From: Candidatus Brennerbacteria bacterium RIFOXYC1_FULL_41_11 | Lineage (GTDB): Bacteria > Patescibacteriota > Minisyncoccia > UBA6257 > Brennerbacteraceae | Assembly (NCBI GenBank): GCA_001817215.1 | Contig: MHHX01000019.1 | Span: forward strand, 16,302 to 80,301 | Reading direction: 5' to 3' | Length of the DNA stretch: 64,000 nucleotides | Part shown: positions 48,383 through 60,503 of the stretch, one piece after another | Layout of the letters: each line of letters begins with the position of its first letter | Position numbering within the stretch: position 1 is the first letter of the stretch | Notes under the pieces: generated by a model | Database searches by the model: none | What the model was told of the DNA's origin: nothing | The model's input: the letters and a program-made list of their open reading frames with translations, nothing else | Translations under genes and position numbers: made by a program

Positions 48383-48663
48383 GGGTTCCTGCTCCCGATT
48401 ACTGGGGGTTGAGTTTGTGCTTGTGAAAGCAATCTCCTTTCTTGATATGTTTGTATTGTATCCATTTTTTTTATTAGATTCAAGTGTTCGGGATTGTGGT
48501 ATATGTAATTAACAAAGAGCGAGAAAATCTCGCTCTTTGTTGAGTCGCTTGTGCGTTTGTCAACTTTCAAGTTCATATTTGAATCAGTTTTTATTTATTG
48601 TTAAAATAAATCTATTGTTTGCTGTGTTATGAGCTTCAAGCTATTAGTTATAAGTTGATTTTT

Positions 48664-49731
48664 GTGGATATTCTCATTGTTATTACAGTTGTTGGTTTTA
48701 TTCTCTTGACCATGATTTTTGGGGCAGTGGTTTATTTTTTGTTGAAAAAACAACAGGATGAAACGCTTCAAAATCAATCCATCAAGGGTTTGCAAGAAAC
48801 TATTTCCAAGATGCAGGTTCAGATGATGGAGCATATGGCCAGCCAGATTAATGCCATGCGTTCGAGTCTGGATAATTCTTCGCAAGCCGTGACTAAAGAG
48901 GCGAGAATTTTTAACGAAGGCATTGTCCAGATGCGCGAAGCTTTGAAACAGGTCCACGAAAAAGTCGGCACCATTTCCAGTTTCCAAGAGATTTTCAAGT
49001 CGCCAAAACTCCGCGGCACCTGGGGAGAGGCCAGTTTGGAACATTTATTGTCGCAGTATTATCCGAAAGAGCTTTATGAACTGCAAAAAATGTTTTCGTC
49101 AGGTGAGCGCGCAGACGCTTGCGTAAAATTGCCCGACGGCAAGCTGATTGCGATTGACTCAAAATTTCCGTTTGAAAACTTTTCCAAGCTTGAGGTTGTG
49201 GAAACCGATCTGGAAAAAGAAGCGATCCAAAAACTTTTCGCCACTGACGTGAAAAAGCACATTGATACGATCGCGCAAAAATACATTTTACCTTCTGAAA
49301 ACACCTTGGATTACGCCATCATGTATATTCCGGCTGAGGCTGTTTATTATGCGATTGCCAACCCAGCTTCAAAATCAGTCAAAGAAGACTTGATTTCTTA
49401 CGCTTGGACAAAAAAAATCATTGTCACTTCGCCGAATTTGTTTTATTTAAGTTTGAAAACTATTGAACATTGGTTCAGGGATGTTCAGGTTTCAAAACAA
49501 ACTCAGGAGATCTTGAAAAGTTTTGAAAAAATCAGAAAAGACGGCGAGAAGCTGGCTGATGATTTTCGTGTTTTGGGCAAGCATATTGCCAATTCCCAAT
49601 CGGCTTATTCAGGTACGGAAAAACGTTTGGGTTTGATGGTGGATAAGGTTTCGCGGCTAACAAAAGGGAATTTGGAAGAAGACAATCCTTTGATTCCGGA
49701 AGAAATTCAAGAAAATAAAACTTCCCAGTAG
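48664..49731 (+). CDS. rmuC: DNA recombination protein RmuC
   Basis: N-terminal TM and coiled coil; RGTWGE..LE, IDSKFP, AIMYIPAEAVY. Confidence 0.92.
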   Translation: MDILIVITVVGFILLTMIFGAVVYFLLKKQQDETLQNQSIKGLQETISKMQVQMMEHMASQINAMRSSLDNSSQAVTKEARIFNEGIVQMREALKQVHEKVGTISSFQEIFKSPKLRGTWGEASLEHLLSQYYPKELYELQKMFSSGERADACVKLPDGKLIAIDSKFPFENFSKLEVVETDLEKEAIQKLFATDVKKHIDTIAQKYILPSENTLDYAIMYIPAEAVYYAIANPASKSVKEDLISYAWTKKIIVTSPNLFYLSLKTIEHWFRDVQVSKQTQEILKSFEKIRKDGEKLADDFRVLGKHIANSQSAYSGTEKRLGLMVDKVSRLTKGNLEEDNPLIPEEIQENKTSQ

Positions 49732-49748
49732 TAATACTGGGAAGTTTT
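49717..49748. terminator. Bidirectional terminator
   Basis: AAAACTTCCCAGTA-GTAA-TACTGGGAAGTTTT. Confidence 0.7.
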
Positions 49749-49760
49749 TGGCTCAAAGTT

Positions 49761-50126
49761 TCAGAGCCATAGATCTTTGGTGGATCCCAGGCATTCGAAT
49801 CTGACGAAGAGATGCGAGGTGCGGACTGAGATTTTCAACTCACCAGTGAAGATTGTTTGTCGCTGGCCGATTCTGAGATCAACCACCCATTGGCCGTCTT
49901 TGCGAAGATACGCGCCAAGGACCTGGATGTTGAGCTCTTTGACGTCCGGATCGTTCATGCCCGAGATGGTGTCAGACGGGTATTCGACTGGGATTCGAAA
50001 ATCGCGGTTTTGATCAATCCATAAAATGGATTTGTATTTCTTGTGGCCGATGATCCAGGTTGTGATTGCGATCAACATCAGGATTCCCGTGATCAGCGGG
50101 AAAATTAACTTGGGATCAATTTCCAT
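49761..50126 (-). CDS. Small protein with an N-terminal TM and beta-rich domain
   Basis: AAAGGAGG SD before ATG at 50126. Confidence 0.6.
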   Translation of the reverse strand: MEIDPKLIFPLITGILMLIAITTWIIGHKKYKSILWIDQNRDFRIPVEYPSDTISGMNDPDVKELNIQVLGAYLRKDGQWVVDLRIGQRQTIFTGELKISVRTSHLFVRFECLGSTKDLWL

Positions 50127-50237
50127 ATCTGCCTCCTTTGGCAAAGTCTTTGGTCTGCGTTATCTTGACACTGTTTTTTAGTTTTTTCAAATTTGTAAAA
50201 TAAATCAGCCCCGATGTTTTTTCGGGGCTGACAGCTA

Positions 50238-50576
50238 TTAGAGAACAGTGATAATTGTATCCCACCAAACCATGACTGGGTGGTCGTTCTCGCCTTCTTC
50301 AACCAGGAATCCGACACCTCCATCGTTCGCTGTCATGCCTGGTCTTTCAACCGCGAAGACCCTCATGATGTAATCAAATCCACCTGTTCTAGCGGAGTAT
50401 AGTTCCTGATGGATTTTGACCCTTTTCCCGACCAGGCTGAGCAAATCATTATAGCTCGGACCATTGATGATTTGCTTTGGGTGGCAGTGTTCGTATAACC
50501 AGAGAGCAAGGACTGCAATGAATCCCGTTACGAACGGAAGCCACAACATTAACATGGACCAATCGAAAATGTTCAT
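50238..50576 (-). CDS. Small protein with an N-terminal TM and beta-rich domain
   Basis: AAAGGAG SD before ATG at 50576; hairpin at 50205-50231 downstream. Confidence 0.6.
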   Translation of the reverse strand: MNIFDWSMLMLWLPFVTGFIAVLALWLYEHCHPKQIINGPSYNDLLSLVGKRVKIHQELYSARTGGFDYIMRVFAVERPGMTANDGGVGFLVEEGENDHPVMVWWDTIITVL

Positions 50577-50782
50577 ATCAACTCTCCTTTCAGGAACGTA
50601 GGTTTTCATAATTAAAGCACCTTGATCATTACAAGTCAAACTCGTCTTTGTGTGATGTTTTATCTGAAGATAATTTTACGTTATTGAGCCAAGAGAGATT
50701 TATTGATAAACTGAAAGATTCTCACCTTCGTCTACTGATTGGCGGACTACGGAAGGGAAGGATAATTTTAAGAGTTTATTAT

Positions 50783-53623
50783 ATGCAAGATTTTATAAAA
50801 TTACGCGGCGTGCGGGTGCACAATCTGAAGAATGTTGATCTGGATATTCCCAAGAATAAGCTGGTGGTAATTACTGGTGTTTCCGGGTCCGGCAAGTCGT
50901 CTTTGGCTTTTGATACGATTTATGCAGAGTCAGAGCGGCGATACCTTGAATCATTGTCTGGCTACGCCAGACAGTTTTTGGGGGTAAAAGACAAGCCCGA
51001 TTACGACAAAATTGAGGGTTTATCTCCGGCGATCGCGATTAACCAGAGGAACATTGCCAAAAATCCGCGTTCAACCGTAGCGACAATTACAGAGATATAT
51101 GATTACTTAAGAATTCTTTTTGCCAGAACCGGCGATCCGTTCTGTCCGAATTGCCAGATTCGAGTTTCCAAACAAACTCATCAAAGCATTATTGAATCAA
51201 TTCTTAAAATTAAAAAAACATCTGACCTGGCAAAAGAAACGCTAGTCTTAATTTTGGCGCCGATAATAGAAAACAAAAAAGGCGAACACAAGGGCGTTTT
51301 AACGGAACTTTCTCAGGCCGGATTTTCTTTTGTCAGGTTTGATAAAATTTTGTGGCGTCTTGAAGAGCTATTGCAAAAAGAAATTTCAAAAGTTAAAAAG
51401 CACACGATTGAATTGGTTTTGGACAGATTGGTACTTGGAGAGGAGTGGGAAAAGACGCGTTTATCAGAAGCTGTCGAAAGGGCTTTAAAAACCGGCAAAG
51501 GATTTTTGAAAATTGGGTTTTTATCAAAAATAGGCAGACAAATATCTGATGATGTTCTGTTTTCAGAAAAGTTTGCTTGTCCAAAATGCGGTATGTCTTT
51601 TCCTGAGATCGAGCCACGAATCTTTTCTTTTAATAATCCCTATGGCGCTTGTTCACAATGCACTGGTTTGGGCTATCTGATTAAAGTCGATCCGGAGCTT
51701 CTTTTGCCGAATAAAAACCTGACCTTAGCAGAAGGTGCGATTGCGCCATCCTTAGCTGTTGGCCAAAGGAATTGGCAATGGTATGAACTAGTTCAGCTGT
51801 CAGAGAAACTTGGTTTTTCTTTGAAAGTGCCGGTCAAAGATCTCTCAAAGAGGGTTTTTGAAATTATCATGAATGGAACCGGCCGAACAGGTCCGGGCGA
51901 TGAGGGCATTGATTTTGAGGGCGTGATCCCGAATCTTGAAAGAAAGTGGAAAGATTCAAGCTCTGATTACGTGAAAGCTGAGATTGAAAAATACATGTCT
52001 CGCGTTTCTTGTTCTCTGTGTCATGGTCAGAGATTGAACTCCATTGCCTTGGCCGTAAGGGTCAAGGGTAAAAATATTAACGATATCGTTTCCCTGTCGA
52101 TTTCTGAGGCTTTTGAATTTTTCAATAAATTGAAATTTTCTGAAAAAGAAAAGATCGTTACTCTCCCTCTGATAAAAGAGATCCAGAAGCGTTTGGAGTT
52201 TATGATTGAGATTGGTTTGGATTATTTGACTTTGGACAGGGAGTCGACAACTCTGGCCGGTGGTGAATCGCAGAGAATAAGGCTGGCAACCCAGATTGGC
52301 TCTGGCCTTTCGGGTGTAATCTATGTTTTAGATGAACCGTCAATTGGTATGCATCCGCGCGACATTGGTCGCTTGATTAAAAATCTCAGATCCTTGCGCG
52401 ATCTGGGCAATACAGTTATCGTTGTTGAGCATGATGAACAGACTATCCGAGCCGCCGATTGGGTGGTTGATGTTGGACCTGGTGCGGGCGAGCGGGGCGG
52501 GAAGATTGTTTTTGAAGGTGAAGTCAAAAAGCTTGAATCTTCTAACTCACGAAGTAAAACTTTAACAGGAGAGTACTTGTCGGGAAAAAGAAAAGTTCAG
52601 AGAAAAATAAATCAGCATAAATCCGCGTTGAATCAGCACAAATCAGCGTTTTTGGAAATTATTGGTGCGTCACAACATAACCTGAAGGATGTTTCAGTAA
52701 AAATTCCTACAGGGAGATTAGTTAGTGTAACGGGAGTTTCTGGTTCGGGAAAGTCATCCTTGATTATTGATACTTTGGCGCCGGCATTGTTGAGGCATTT
52801 TTATCATTCTCGTGAGCCGATCGGAAAACACAAGGAAATAAAAGGAATAGAGAATCTGGATAAAGTTTCCGTGGTTGATCAGTCGCCGATTGGCCGGACG
52901 CCAAGATCAAATCCGGCCACTTATACCGGCATGTTTGATTTTATTCGCGACATTTTTTCGCAGACTAAAATTTCCAGAATGCGCGGTTATGACAAGGGCA
53001 GGTTCTCTTTTAATCTTAAGGGCGGTCGATGCGACGCTTGCGAAGGCCAGGGGTATCAAAAGATCGAGATGTATTTTTTGCCGGATGTTTACGTTGAGTG
53101 TGACGAGTGTCGTGGCACGCGTTACCGAAACGAGATTCTGGAAATTGAACACAACGGTAAGAACATTGCCGAGGTTTTAAAAATGAGCGTGCTTGAGGCC
53201 AGGATGTTTTTCAAACATTTTCCTCAACTTGAGATAAAACTCAGACTCCTTGAAGACGTTGGTCTGGGATATTTAAAATTGGGTCAGTCGGCAACAACTT
53301 TGTCTGGGGGTGAAGCACAGAGAATTAAGCTTTCTAGCGAGCTGTCAAAACGGCAAACAGGTAAAAGCCTTTATATTTTGGACGAGCCAACCACAGGGCT
53401 TCATTTTGATGATTGTGCCAAGCTTTTAGGTGTTTTGGACAAACTGGTAGAAAAAGGTAACACAGTTTTGGTTGTTGAACATGAGCTTGATATTATTAGG
53501 AATTCTGATTGGATTATTGACCTTGGACCAGAAGGCGGAGATGGTGGCGGGCAGGTAATTGCCGCTGGCACTCCTAATGAGATAAAGAAAAACAAGAAAA
53601 GCTATACAGGAAAATACTTGTGA
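50783..53623 (+). CDS. uvrA: Excinuclease ABC subunit A
   Basis: Two [10 protein letters not shown] Walker A motifs, zinc fingers, [11 protein letters not shown]; ATG at 50783. Confidence 0.99.
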   Translation: MQDFIKLRGVRVHNLKNVDLDIPKNKLVVITGVSGSGKSSLAFDTIYAESERRYLESLSGYARQFLGVKDKPDYDKIEGLSPAIAINQRNIAKNPRSTVATITEIYDYLRILFARTGDPFCPNCQIRVSKQTHQSIIESILKIKKTSDLAKETLVLILAPIIENKKGEHKGVLTELSQAGFSFVRFDKILWRLEELLQKEISKVKKHTIELVLDRLVLGEEWEKTRLSEAVERALKTGKGFLKIGFLSKIGRQISDDVLFSEKFACPKCGMSFPEIEPRIFSFNNPYGACSQCTGLGYLIKVDPELLLPNKNLTLAEGAIAPSLAVGQRNWQWYELVQLSEKLGFSLKVPVKDLSKRVFEIIMNGTGRTGPGDEGIDFEGVIPNLERKWKDSSSDYVKAEIEKYMSRVSCSLCHGQRLNSIALAVRVKGKNINDIVSLSISEAFEFFNKLKFSEKEKIVTLPLIKEIQKRLEFMIEIGLDYLTLDRESTTLAGGESQRIRLATQIGSGLSGVIYVLDEPSIGMHPRDIGRLIKNLRSLRDLGNTVIVVEHDEQTIRAADWVVDVGPGAGERGGKIVFEGEVKKLESSNSRSKTLTGEYLSGKRKVQRKINQHKSALNQHKSAFLEIIGASQHNLKDVSVKIPTGRLVSVTGVSGSGKSSLIIDTLAPALLRHFYHSREPIGKHKEIKGIENLDKVSVVDQSPIGRTPRSNPATYTGMFDFIRDIFSQTKISRMRGYDKGRFSFNLKGGRCDACEGQGYQKIEMYFLPDVYVECDECRGTRYRNEILEIEHNGKNIAEVLKMSVLEARMFFKHFPQLEIKLRLLEDVGLGYLKLGQSATTLSGGEAQRIKLSSELSKRQTGKSLYILDEPTTGLHFDDCAKLLGVLDKLVEKGNTVLVVEHELDIIRNSDWIIDLGPEGGDGGGQVIAAGTPNEIKKNKKSYTGKYL

Positions 53624-53705
53624 AGTTAAAAGTCAAAATTGAAATTAGAAATTAAAAAGTTCTTAAAACTTTTGAATTTTGACCTTTGAATTTTGAATTA
53701 TCTTT

Positions 53706-54233
53706 ATGCTTGAAACCACCCATGTTTTAACCGCTTTGGCGATAGCCAAGAATATATCGAATCCTTTTTTGGCTTTTGGCGCCGGGCTGGTTTCCCATTT
53801 TGTTTTGGATGCGATTCCGCATTATGATTTTCAGGGTAAGATTCTAAAACAGGAATATTACAATGAAGAGAAGGGCGGAGATTTTGGTAAAAAAGAATTT
53901 TCAAGAACTGGCAAAATCGTTATTTTTTCGGACTTGACTGTGAGTCTTGTAATATTTCTGTACCTATCTCTTTCCGGGAGAATCTGGCCTAACTTTCCCG
54001 ATTTGATTTCTTTTGCTTTTTTTTTATTTGATAACTTGCACTTGGCGGCTGGTGTCCTCGGCGGCGTGTTGCCAGATCTAGCAAACTTGGTTTGCATCAA
54101 AACCGGATTTTGTCAGCCGAAATGGTTTTTTAAGTTTCACAAAAAGATCCAGATAGTAAAGATCGGGATTGTTCCCGGACTGATTTTCCAGATTGCTTTA
54201 GCTATTTTTTCGTTGTACTATTTTATGAGATAA
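53706..54233 (+). CDS. Membrane-bound putative metal-dependent hydrolase
   Basis: TH, SHFVLDAIPH.D, LPD and FH motifs among TM helices. Confidence 0.6.
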   Translation: MLETTHVLTALAIAKNISNPFLAFGAGLVSHFVLDAIPHYDFQGKILKQEYYNEEKGGDFGKKEFSRTGKIVIFSDLTVSLVIFLYLSLSGRIWPNFPDLISFAFFLFDNLHLAAGVLGGVLPDLANLVCIKTGFCQPKWFFKFHKKIQIVKIGIVPGLIFQIALAIFSLYYFMR

Positions 54234-54310
54234 ATATATAAAGCCCGTTAGAAATGACTCAATTTTTAACAGGACGAATAAGAAATTAATTGTTTTTAAA
54301 TTAAAACAAG

Positions 54311-55078
54311 ATGAAAAAGCTTTTTTTAAAATTTGCGTTTCTTGAACTATTGTTGTTGACCGTGGCTTATAGCGTCAGGACATATTTTGGTAAAGAGATA
54401 TTCTTGGCTGATTCAGCGAATTTCGGCTGGGTTTTTGGAATTATCGGCACGGCATACACATTGATTGCTGCGTTTGTCTTGTTCGGAGTCTGGAATCAAT
54501 ATAGTGCTTTGTCTTCTTTGATCGCGCGTGAATCTTGGCTTTTGGGTTCGATCTGGAATTTCACCGATTATTTCAATGACAAGAAATTAACTCAGAATAT
54601 GAAAAGTGTATTATTGTCTTATATCAATCAAACCGTTGATAAGGAAGTGGATTTATTAGCACGAGAGCAAGAAGTGGAAACCTATTCAAAAGAATACATT
54701 GCGATAGGGAAAGTTATAGACGGCATCGAGTTTAATGATGGCAGAGATGCCGTGATTTATCCGGTAATGATTCAGGGATATCGGGATTTGTTGGATGTCC
54801 GTCAGCAACGTAACGAGGCGGGAACCACTCGTTTGTCTTTTTCAATGAGAATTTTGTTTATGATCTTTTCCTTGTTATTAGCAACCTCGTCTTTGATTGC
54901 TGGGTTTGTGTATACGATCATGTACATGTTCGGCGCTGGATTTATCGGCGCGGTTGTCATCCTGACATATATTGTTGTTGCGGACATGGACAATCCTTTT
55001 GGCGGTCTGTTTGAGTTGAAGCCGGTTTCTTTTTTCCAGACAAAAAAATACATTGAGGGCAGTTCACATCAAGAGTAG
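54311..55078 (+). CDS. DUF4239 / bestrophin-like membrane protein
   Basis: GTAY.LI.AFVL..VW and DMDNPFGG; 4 TM. Confidence 0.7.
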   Translation: MKKLFLKFAFLELLLLTVAYSVRTYFGKEIFLADSANFGWVFGIIGTAYTLIAAFVLFGVWNQYSALSSLIARESWLLGSIWNFTDYFNDKKLTQNMKSVLLSYINQTVDKEVDLLAREQEVETYSKEYIAIGKVIDGIEFNDGRDAVIYPVMIQGYRDLLDVRQQRNEAGTTRLSFSMRILFMIFSLLLATSSLIAGFVYTIMYMFGAGFIGAVVILTYIVVADMDNPFGGLFELKPVSFFQTKKYIEGSSHQE

Positions 55079-55150
55079 CTAAATTGTTGTGATAAAAAAA
55101 TCTGTCCTCGGCATTGCGTTCGGACAGATTTTTGTCGGTTCCCCTGAATC

Positions 55151-55306
55151 TTAATCCCAAGTGTATCCTTGTTCTGTTTTTGTCTTTGTTTTGCGTGGTT
55201 TTCTTTTCGGAGAGTTGGCCAATGTTCGTAAACTAACCATGAAAAGAAATCCTGCCCCAAAGAAAAATATCCAGACCCAGTCAGCGTAGGAAATTCCGAA
55301 GATCAT
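55151..55306 (-). CDS. Small single-TM protein with a basic tail (51 aa, not in ORF track)
   Basis: AAAGGAGG SD; MIFGISYADWVWIFFFGAGFLFMVSLRTLANSPKRKPRKTKTKTEQGYTWD. Confidence 0.55.
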   Translation of the reverse strand: MIFGISYADWVWIFFFGAGFLFMVSLRTLANSPKRKPRKTKTKTEQGYTWD

Positions 55307-55340
55307 TCGTGCCTCCTTTCGCTTTTTTAGCGAATCACTA

Positions 55341-55401
55341 TTGACAAGAGCTCTCTGGTGATTATAATGAATACTTAGCAGACTAGGCTTTAGTTTGCTA
55401 A
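55341..55401 (+). promoter_or_regulatory. groESL promoter plus CIRCE operator
   Basis: TTGACA(55341)-16 nt-TATAAT(55363); TTAGCAGAC-N9-GTTTGCTAA at 55375-55401. Confidence 0.88.
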
Positions 55402-55427
55402 TGAATGAATTAACGATTCAAAAAGTT

Positions 55428-55733
55428 ATGAAAATACAACCGCTTTCGGATTTTATTTTAATTGAACCATCGAAAGAAGAAAAAACCACATCATCAGGGA
55501 TTATTATCCCCGACACGGCTCATGAGAATCGGCCGCAAAAAGGTAAGGTGATCTCAGTCGGTCCGGGGAAGAAGAATGATAAAGGTGAGCACGTGGCCTT
55601 GGGAGTTGGGATCAACAACATTGTTTTGTTCAAAAAATACGGTCCGGACGAGATTAAGGTCAAGGATGATTCGGGGAAAGAAGTTGAGTATTTGATTGCA
55701 AGAGAAGAAGACATTCTCGCGATTATCGAATGA
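55428..55733 (+). CDS. groES: Co-chaperonin GroES
   Basis: MKIQPLSD, SSGIIIPDTA, VGPG, EEDILAII. Confidence 0.97.
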   Translation: MKIQPLSDFILIEPSKEEKTTSSGIIIPDTAHENRPQKGKVISVGPGKKNDKGEHVALGVGINNIVLFKKYGPDEIKVKDDSGKEVEYLIAREEDILAIIE

Positions 55734-55854
55734 ATAATGATCGTGAAGGTTCAAATGTCAAAGCTGAAATTTCAAAACTTTTGTTTTTAAGCATTTGATA
55801 TTGATTTGTCATCTGGATTTTGTGATTTGAAGTTTAGTTTTTAAATTAATTTAA

Positions 55855-57516
<1,662 letters not shown>

Positions 57517-57543
57517 AACAGAATCTAGAAAGTAGAAAGAAGC

Positions 57544-57577
57544 AACAGAAATATCCCGCGAGCGGGATATTTCTGTT
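57544..57577. terminator. Terminator palindrome (TCCCGC..GCGGGA family)
   Basis: AACAGAAATATCCCGC-GA-GCGGGATATTTCTGTT. Confidence 0.75.
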
Positions 57578-57626
57578 TGACATTATTATAACAATGTGGT
57601 AATTAACTATTAGAAAGGAGATTCTC

Positions 57627-57875
57627 ATGAAAAAAGCAGCTTTAATTGCGCTTGCTGTATTCATCGCAATTTCATTGATTACAGCGCCGTTCCAAGTGGT
57701 ATCGGAGCAGATCGCGGCGGATCACGAGAGTGATTCGTCTGTCTGGATGCTGGGGGTTTTATTCTGTGATTTGCCGATTCTTTTTTTGCTTTTTCTGGTT
57801 TTGGTTATTCTCGGGGTTGTTGTCTATTCGAGAGGCAAACAGATTCAGGGAGGAGATGAGATTGGTGAGAATTAG
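57627..57875 (+). CDS. Small membrane protein (82 aa)
   Basis: AAAGGAG SD; signal/TM plus a second TM. Confidence 0.55.
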   Translation: MKKAALIALAVFIAISLITAPFQVVSEQIAADHESDSSVWMLGVLFCDLPILFLLFLVLVILGVVVYSRGKQIQGGDEIGEN

Positions 57876-57958
57876 GATTCGGAAGATCGCGTCAAGAAAT
57901 GGCGCGATTTTCTATTTTAGCTTGTCAAGCTGGTAAAAAAATAATAGAATGTGGTGTT

Positions 57959-58030
57959 GCCGAAGTAGTTCAGTGGCAGAACGCTTTCTTGGTAAGAAAG
58001 AGGTCGTGAGTCCGATTCTCACCTTCGGCT
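57959..58030 (+). tRNA. tRNA-Thr(GGT)
   Basis: GCCGAAG/CTTCGGC, CTTTC-TTGGTAA-GAAAG; T loop TCCGATT. Confidence 0.92.
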
Positions 58031-58207
58031 CTAGACTGAGATAACATGACCAACCGGCCATGTTATCTCAATAAGTATGCGAATTAAGAATCGGACGGCT
58101 TTCAGCATCCCAGCATTAATACCCGTGAGGGTATTAATGCTTCTTTCGGCTCGGATTGAAAAAAAACTGTTTTTGAGTTAAAATAGCAACACTATTTCTG
58201 GATAAAA

Positions 58208-58387
58208 ATGGCAAAGTCAAAATCAAAATTTTCAGAGAATTTAATCAGGTTTCAATGCACTGTTTGCAAGCAGTTTAATTATTTTTCTCGAAAAAACAAA
58301 AAACTTGTTGAAAGGAAGCTGGAATACAGCAAGTATTGCCGTCATTGTCGGAAACACACTAAGCATAAAGAAGCAAAGAAGAAGTAA
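58208..58387 (+). CDS. rpmG: 50S ribosomal protein L33 (zinc type; not in ORF track)
   Basis: 59 aa: ...CTVCKQFNYFSRKNKK...KLEYSKYCRHCRKHTKHKE. Confidence 0.95.
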   Translation: MAKSKSKFSENLIRFQCTVCKQFNYFSRKNKKLVERKLEYSKYCRHCRKHTKHKEAKKK

Positions 58388-58390
58388 AAA

Positions 58391-58427
58391 ACAAAATCGT
58401 CCTTCGACAAACTCAGGGCGATTTTGT
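58391..58427. repeat. REP-like hairpin (CCTTCGAC...CTCAGGG family) placed as a terminator
   Basis: ACAAAATCGTCCT-TCGACAAACTC-AGGGCGATTTTGT. Confidence 0.65.
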
Positions 58428-58446
58428 GATAAAATGTGCGCATAGT

Positions 58447-58517
58447 GGGGATTTGGTGTAGTGGTAACACAGCGGTCTCCAAAACCGCTAACGGGGGTCC
58501 GATTCCTCCAATCCCCG
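58447..58517 (+). tRNA. tRNA-Trp(CCA)
   Basis: GGGGATT/AATCCCC, GCGGT-CTCCAAA-ACCGC; T loop TCCGATT. Confidence 0.92.
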
Positions 58518-58561
58518 CCGCGTTAAGCGCGGTGGATAAACTTTATTAACCGCAAACCCCT

Positions 58562-59665
58562 ATGGATTTTTCTGAACTTAAAATTAAACTTCAATCTTTG
58601 CGGGAACGGCTTCTGAAATGGCAGGTTTGGCTTGATTTGGATAATAAAAAATCTAGGATCATTGAGATGGAAACAGAGATTCTTGAACCGAATTTCTGGA
58701 AAGATCGTCAAAAAGCCGAAACAGTTTCTAAAGAGCTTGGAAGGTTGAAAAGCGAGCTTGAAGATTTCGAGAAGAAACAGCAAGAGCTTGATGAGCTGGA
58801 AACAATGTTTTTTATCGCCGATAAGGAAAATCAAGAAGAAGCCGGGATGAAAGAGATTCTGCCGCGGTTTGAAAAGCTTGAAAAGCAGGTTGATAAAGAA
58901 GAGACAAAAACTTTTTTATCCGGGAAGTATGATAAAGGCTCTGCGACCTTGGCGGTTTATGCCGGTGCTGGTGGCGACGATGCCGAGGATTGGGCAAGAA
59001 TGCTTTGGGAGATGTATCAGGCTTTTTTTCTTTCAAAGACTTGGAAGTTTTCTATTCTTGATGAGAGCAGAAGTGAGGCCGGTGGTTTAAAGAGCGCCGT
59101 GGCCGAGATTTCTGGAGATTATGTTTTTGGATATTTAAAGGGGGAAAACGGGGTTCATCGCCTGGTCAGGGTTTCTCCTTTTGACGCGGATAAACAAAGA
59201 CACACTTCTTTCGCTATGGTTGAGATTTTGCCAGAGATTGAGGAAAAAGAATTCGAGATTCGTTCTGAAGATTTGGAGCTTGATTTGTTCCGTTCTTCCG
59301 GTCCGGGCGGACAAAATGTCAACAAAGTGGAAACTGCAGTCAGGATAAAACATAAGCCGACAGGAATGACGGTTGCTTGTCAAAGCGAAAGGTCGCAGGA
59401 TAGAAATCGTCAAAAGGCAATGAGTTTATTAAGGGCAAAGCTTTTTGAGATAGCCAGGGGCAAGGCACAATCAGAAAAAGCTGAGATTAAGGGAGAAAAA
59501 AAACAAATTGCTTGGTCAAATCAGATAAGATCTTACGTTTTACATCCTTATCAGATGGTTAAAGATCACAGGACTGACGTTGAAACAAGTCAGGTGGATA
59601 AAGTTTTAGCCGGAGATCTGGATAGATTCATAGAAGCAGAATTGAAAATAGGTTATAATAAGTAG
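58562..59665 (+). CDS. prfB: Peptide chain release factor 2 (no frameshift needed)
   Basis: SPF tripeptide (RVSPFDA) and GGQ motif; single open frame. Confidence 0.97.
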   Translation: MDFSELKIKLQSLRERLLKWQVWLDLDNKKSRIIEMETEILEPNFWKDRQKAETVSKELGRLKSELEDFEKKQQELDELETMFFIADKENQEEAGMKEILPRFEKLEKQVDKEETKTFLSGKYDKGSATLAVYAGAGGDDAEDWARMLWEMYQAFFLSKTWKFSILDESRSEAGGLKSAVAEISGDYVFGYLKGENGVHRLVRVSPFDADKQRHTSFAMVEILPEIEEKEFEIRSEDLELDLFRSSGPGGQNVNKVETAVRIKHKPTGMTVACQSERSQDRNRQKAMSLLRAKLFEIARGKAQSEKAEIKGEKKQIAWSNQIRSYVLHPYQMVKDHRTDVETSQVDKVLAGDLDRFIEAELKIGYNK

Positions 59666-60358
59666 ATGCCTAAGATTATTTCTTTTGAGAACGTTTCCAA
59701 GATTTATCCAAATCGTTCGATTGCTCTTGATAGCGTCAGTTTTGATATTGAAAAAGGCGAGTTTATCTCTTTGGCGGGGAAGTCTGGCGCGGGCAAGTCA
59801 ACAATCTTAAAACTTCTTATTGCAGAAGAAAAACCGACAAAAGGCAGGGTAGTTTTTAGTGGTATTGAGCTGAATAAAATTTCGACCCGGGAAATGCCAA
59901 TCTTACGTAGGCGAATCGGCATGGTTTTTCAAGATTATAAGCTTTTAACCGGTAAAACCGCTCATGAAAATGTCGCCTATGCCATGGAGGTTGCCGGCAT
60001 GCCTGATAGTGATATTAAGAGAGATGTGGCCCAGGTACTGGAGCTGGTGGGGTTGTCCGATAGGAGAAATAACTTCCCAACGGCCTTGTCTGGTGGAGAA
60101 AAACAAAGAGTGGCAATCGCCAGGGCTTTGGTACAAAGACCGGAAGTGATGGTGGCAGACGAGCCGACCGGCAACCTTGATCCGATTAATACCTGGGAGA
60201 TTATTAAGCTCTTAATGAAGATAAATGAGCTTGGGACGACAGTGATTCTGGCAACACATGATAAAGAAATTGTTGATACTCTTGAGCGTCGGGTGATTAT
60301 CTTGGACAAAGGAAGAGTCATTAAGGATGAAGAAAAGGGGAAGTACATCATCACTTAA
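59666..60358 (+). CDS. ftsE: Cell division ATP-binding protein FtsE
   Basis: GKSGAGKST, RRRIGMVFQDYKLL, LSGGEKQR, DEPTGNLD. Confidence 0.93.
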   Translation: MPKIISFENVSKIYPNRSIALDSVSFDIEKGEFISLAGKSGAGKSTILKLLIAEEKPTKGRVVFSGIELNKISTREMPILRRRIGMVFQDYKLLTGKTAHENVAYAMEVAGMPDSDIKRDVAQVLELVGLSDRRNNFPTALSGGEKQRVAIARALVQRPEVMVADEPTGNLDPINTWEIIKLLMKINELGTTVILATHDKEIVDTLERRVIILDKGRVIKDEEKGKYIIT

Positions 60359-60503
60359 GTCAAAACTCAAAATGCAAAAGCTTGATCAATTTCATAAACT
60401 CGACACTTTTTAATCAAAATTTTGTCCGTTCGACTTTGCTCAGGGCATCTTGAGTAGAACCGAAAGATGAAATTTTACATTTGAATTTAAAATTAAAATA
60501 GAT

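Noticed and set aside
48295-48576. Overlapping minus-strand ORF suggesting a frameshifted gene with 48122-48382
   Set aside because: No recognisable domain in either frame; it cannot be supported without homologs.
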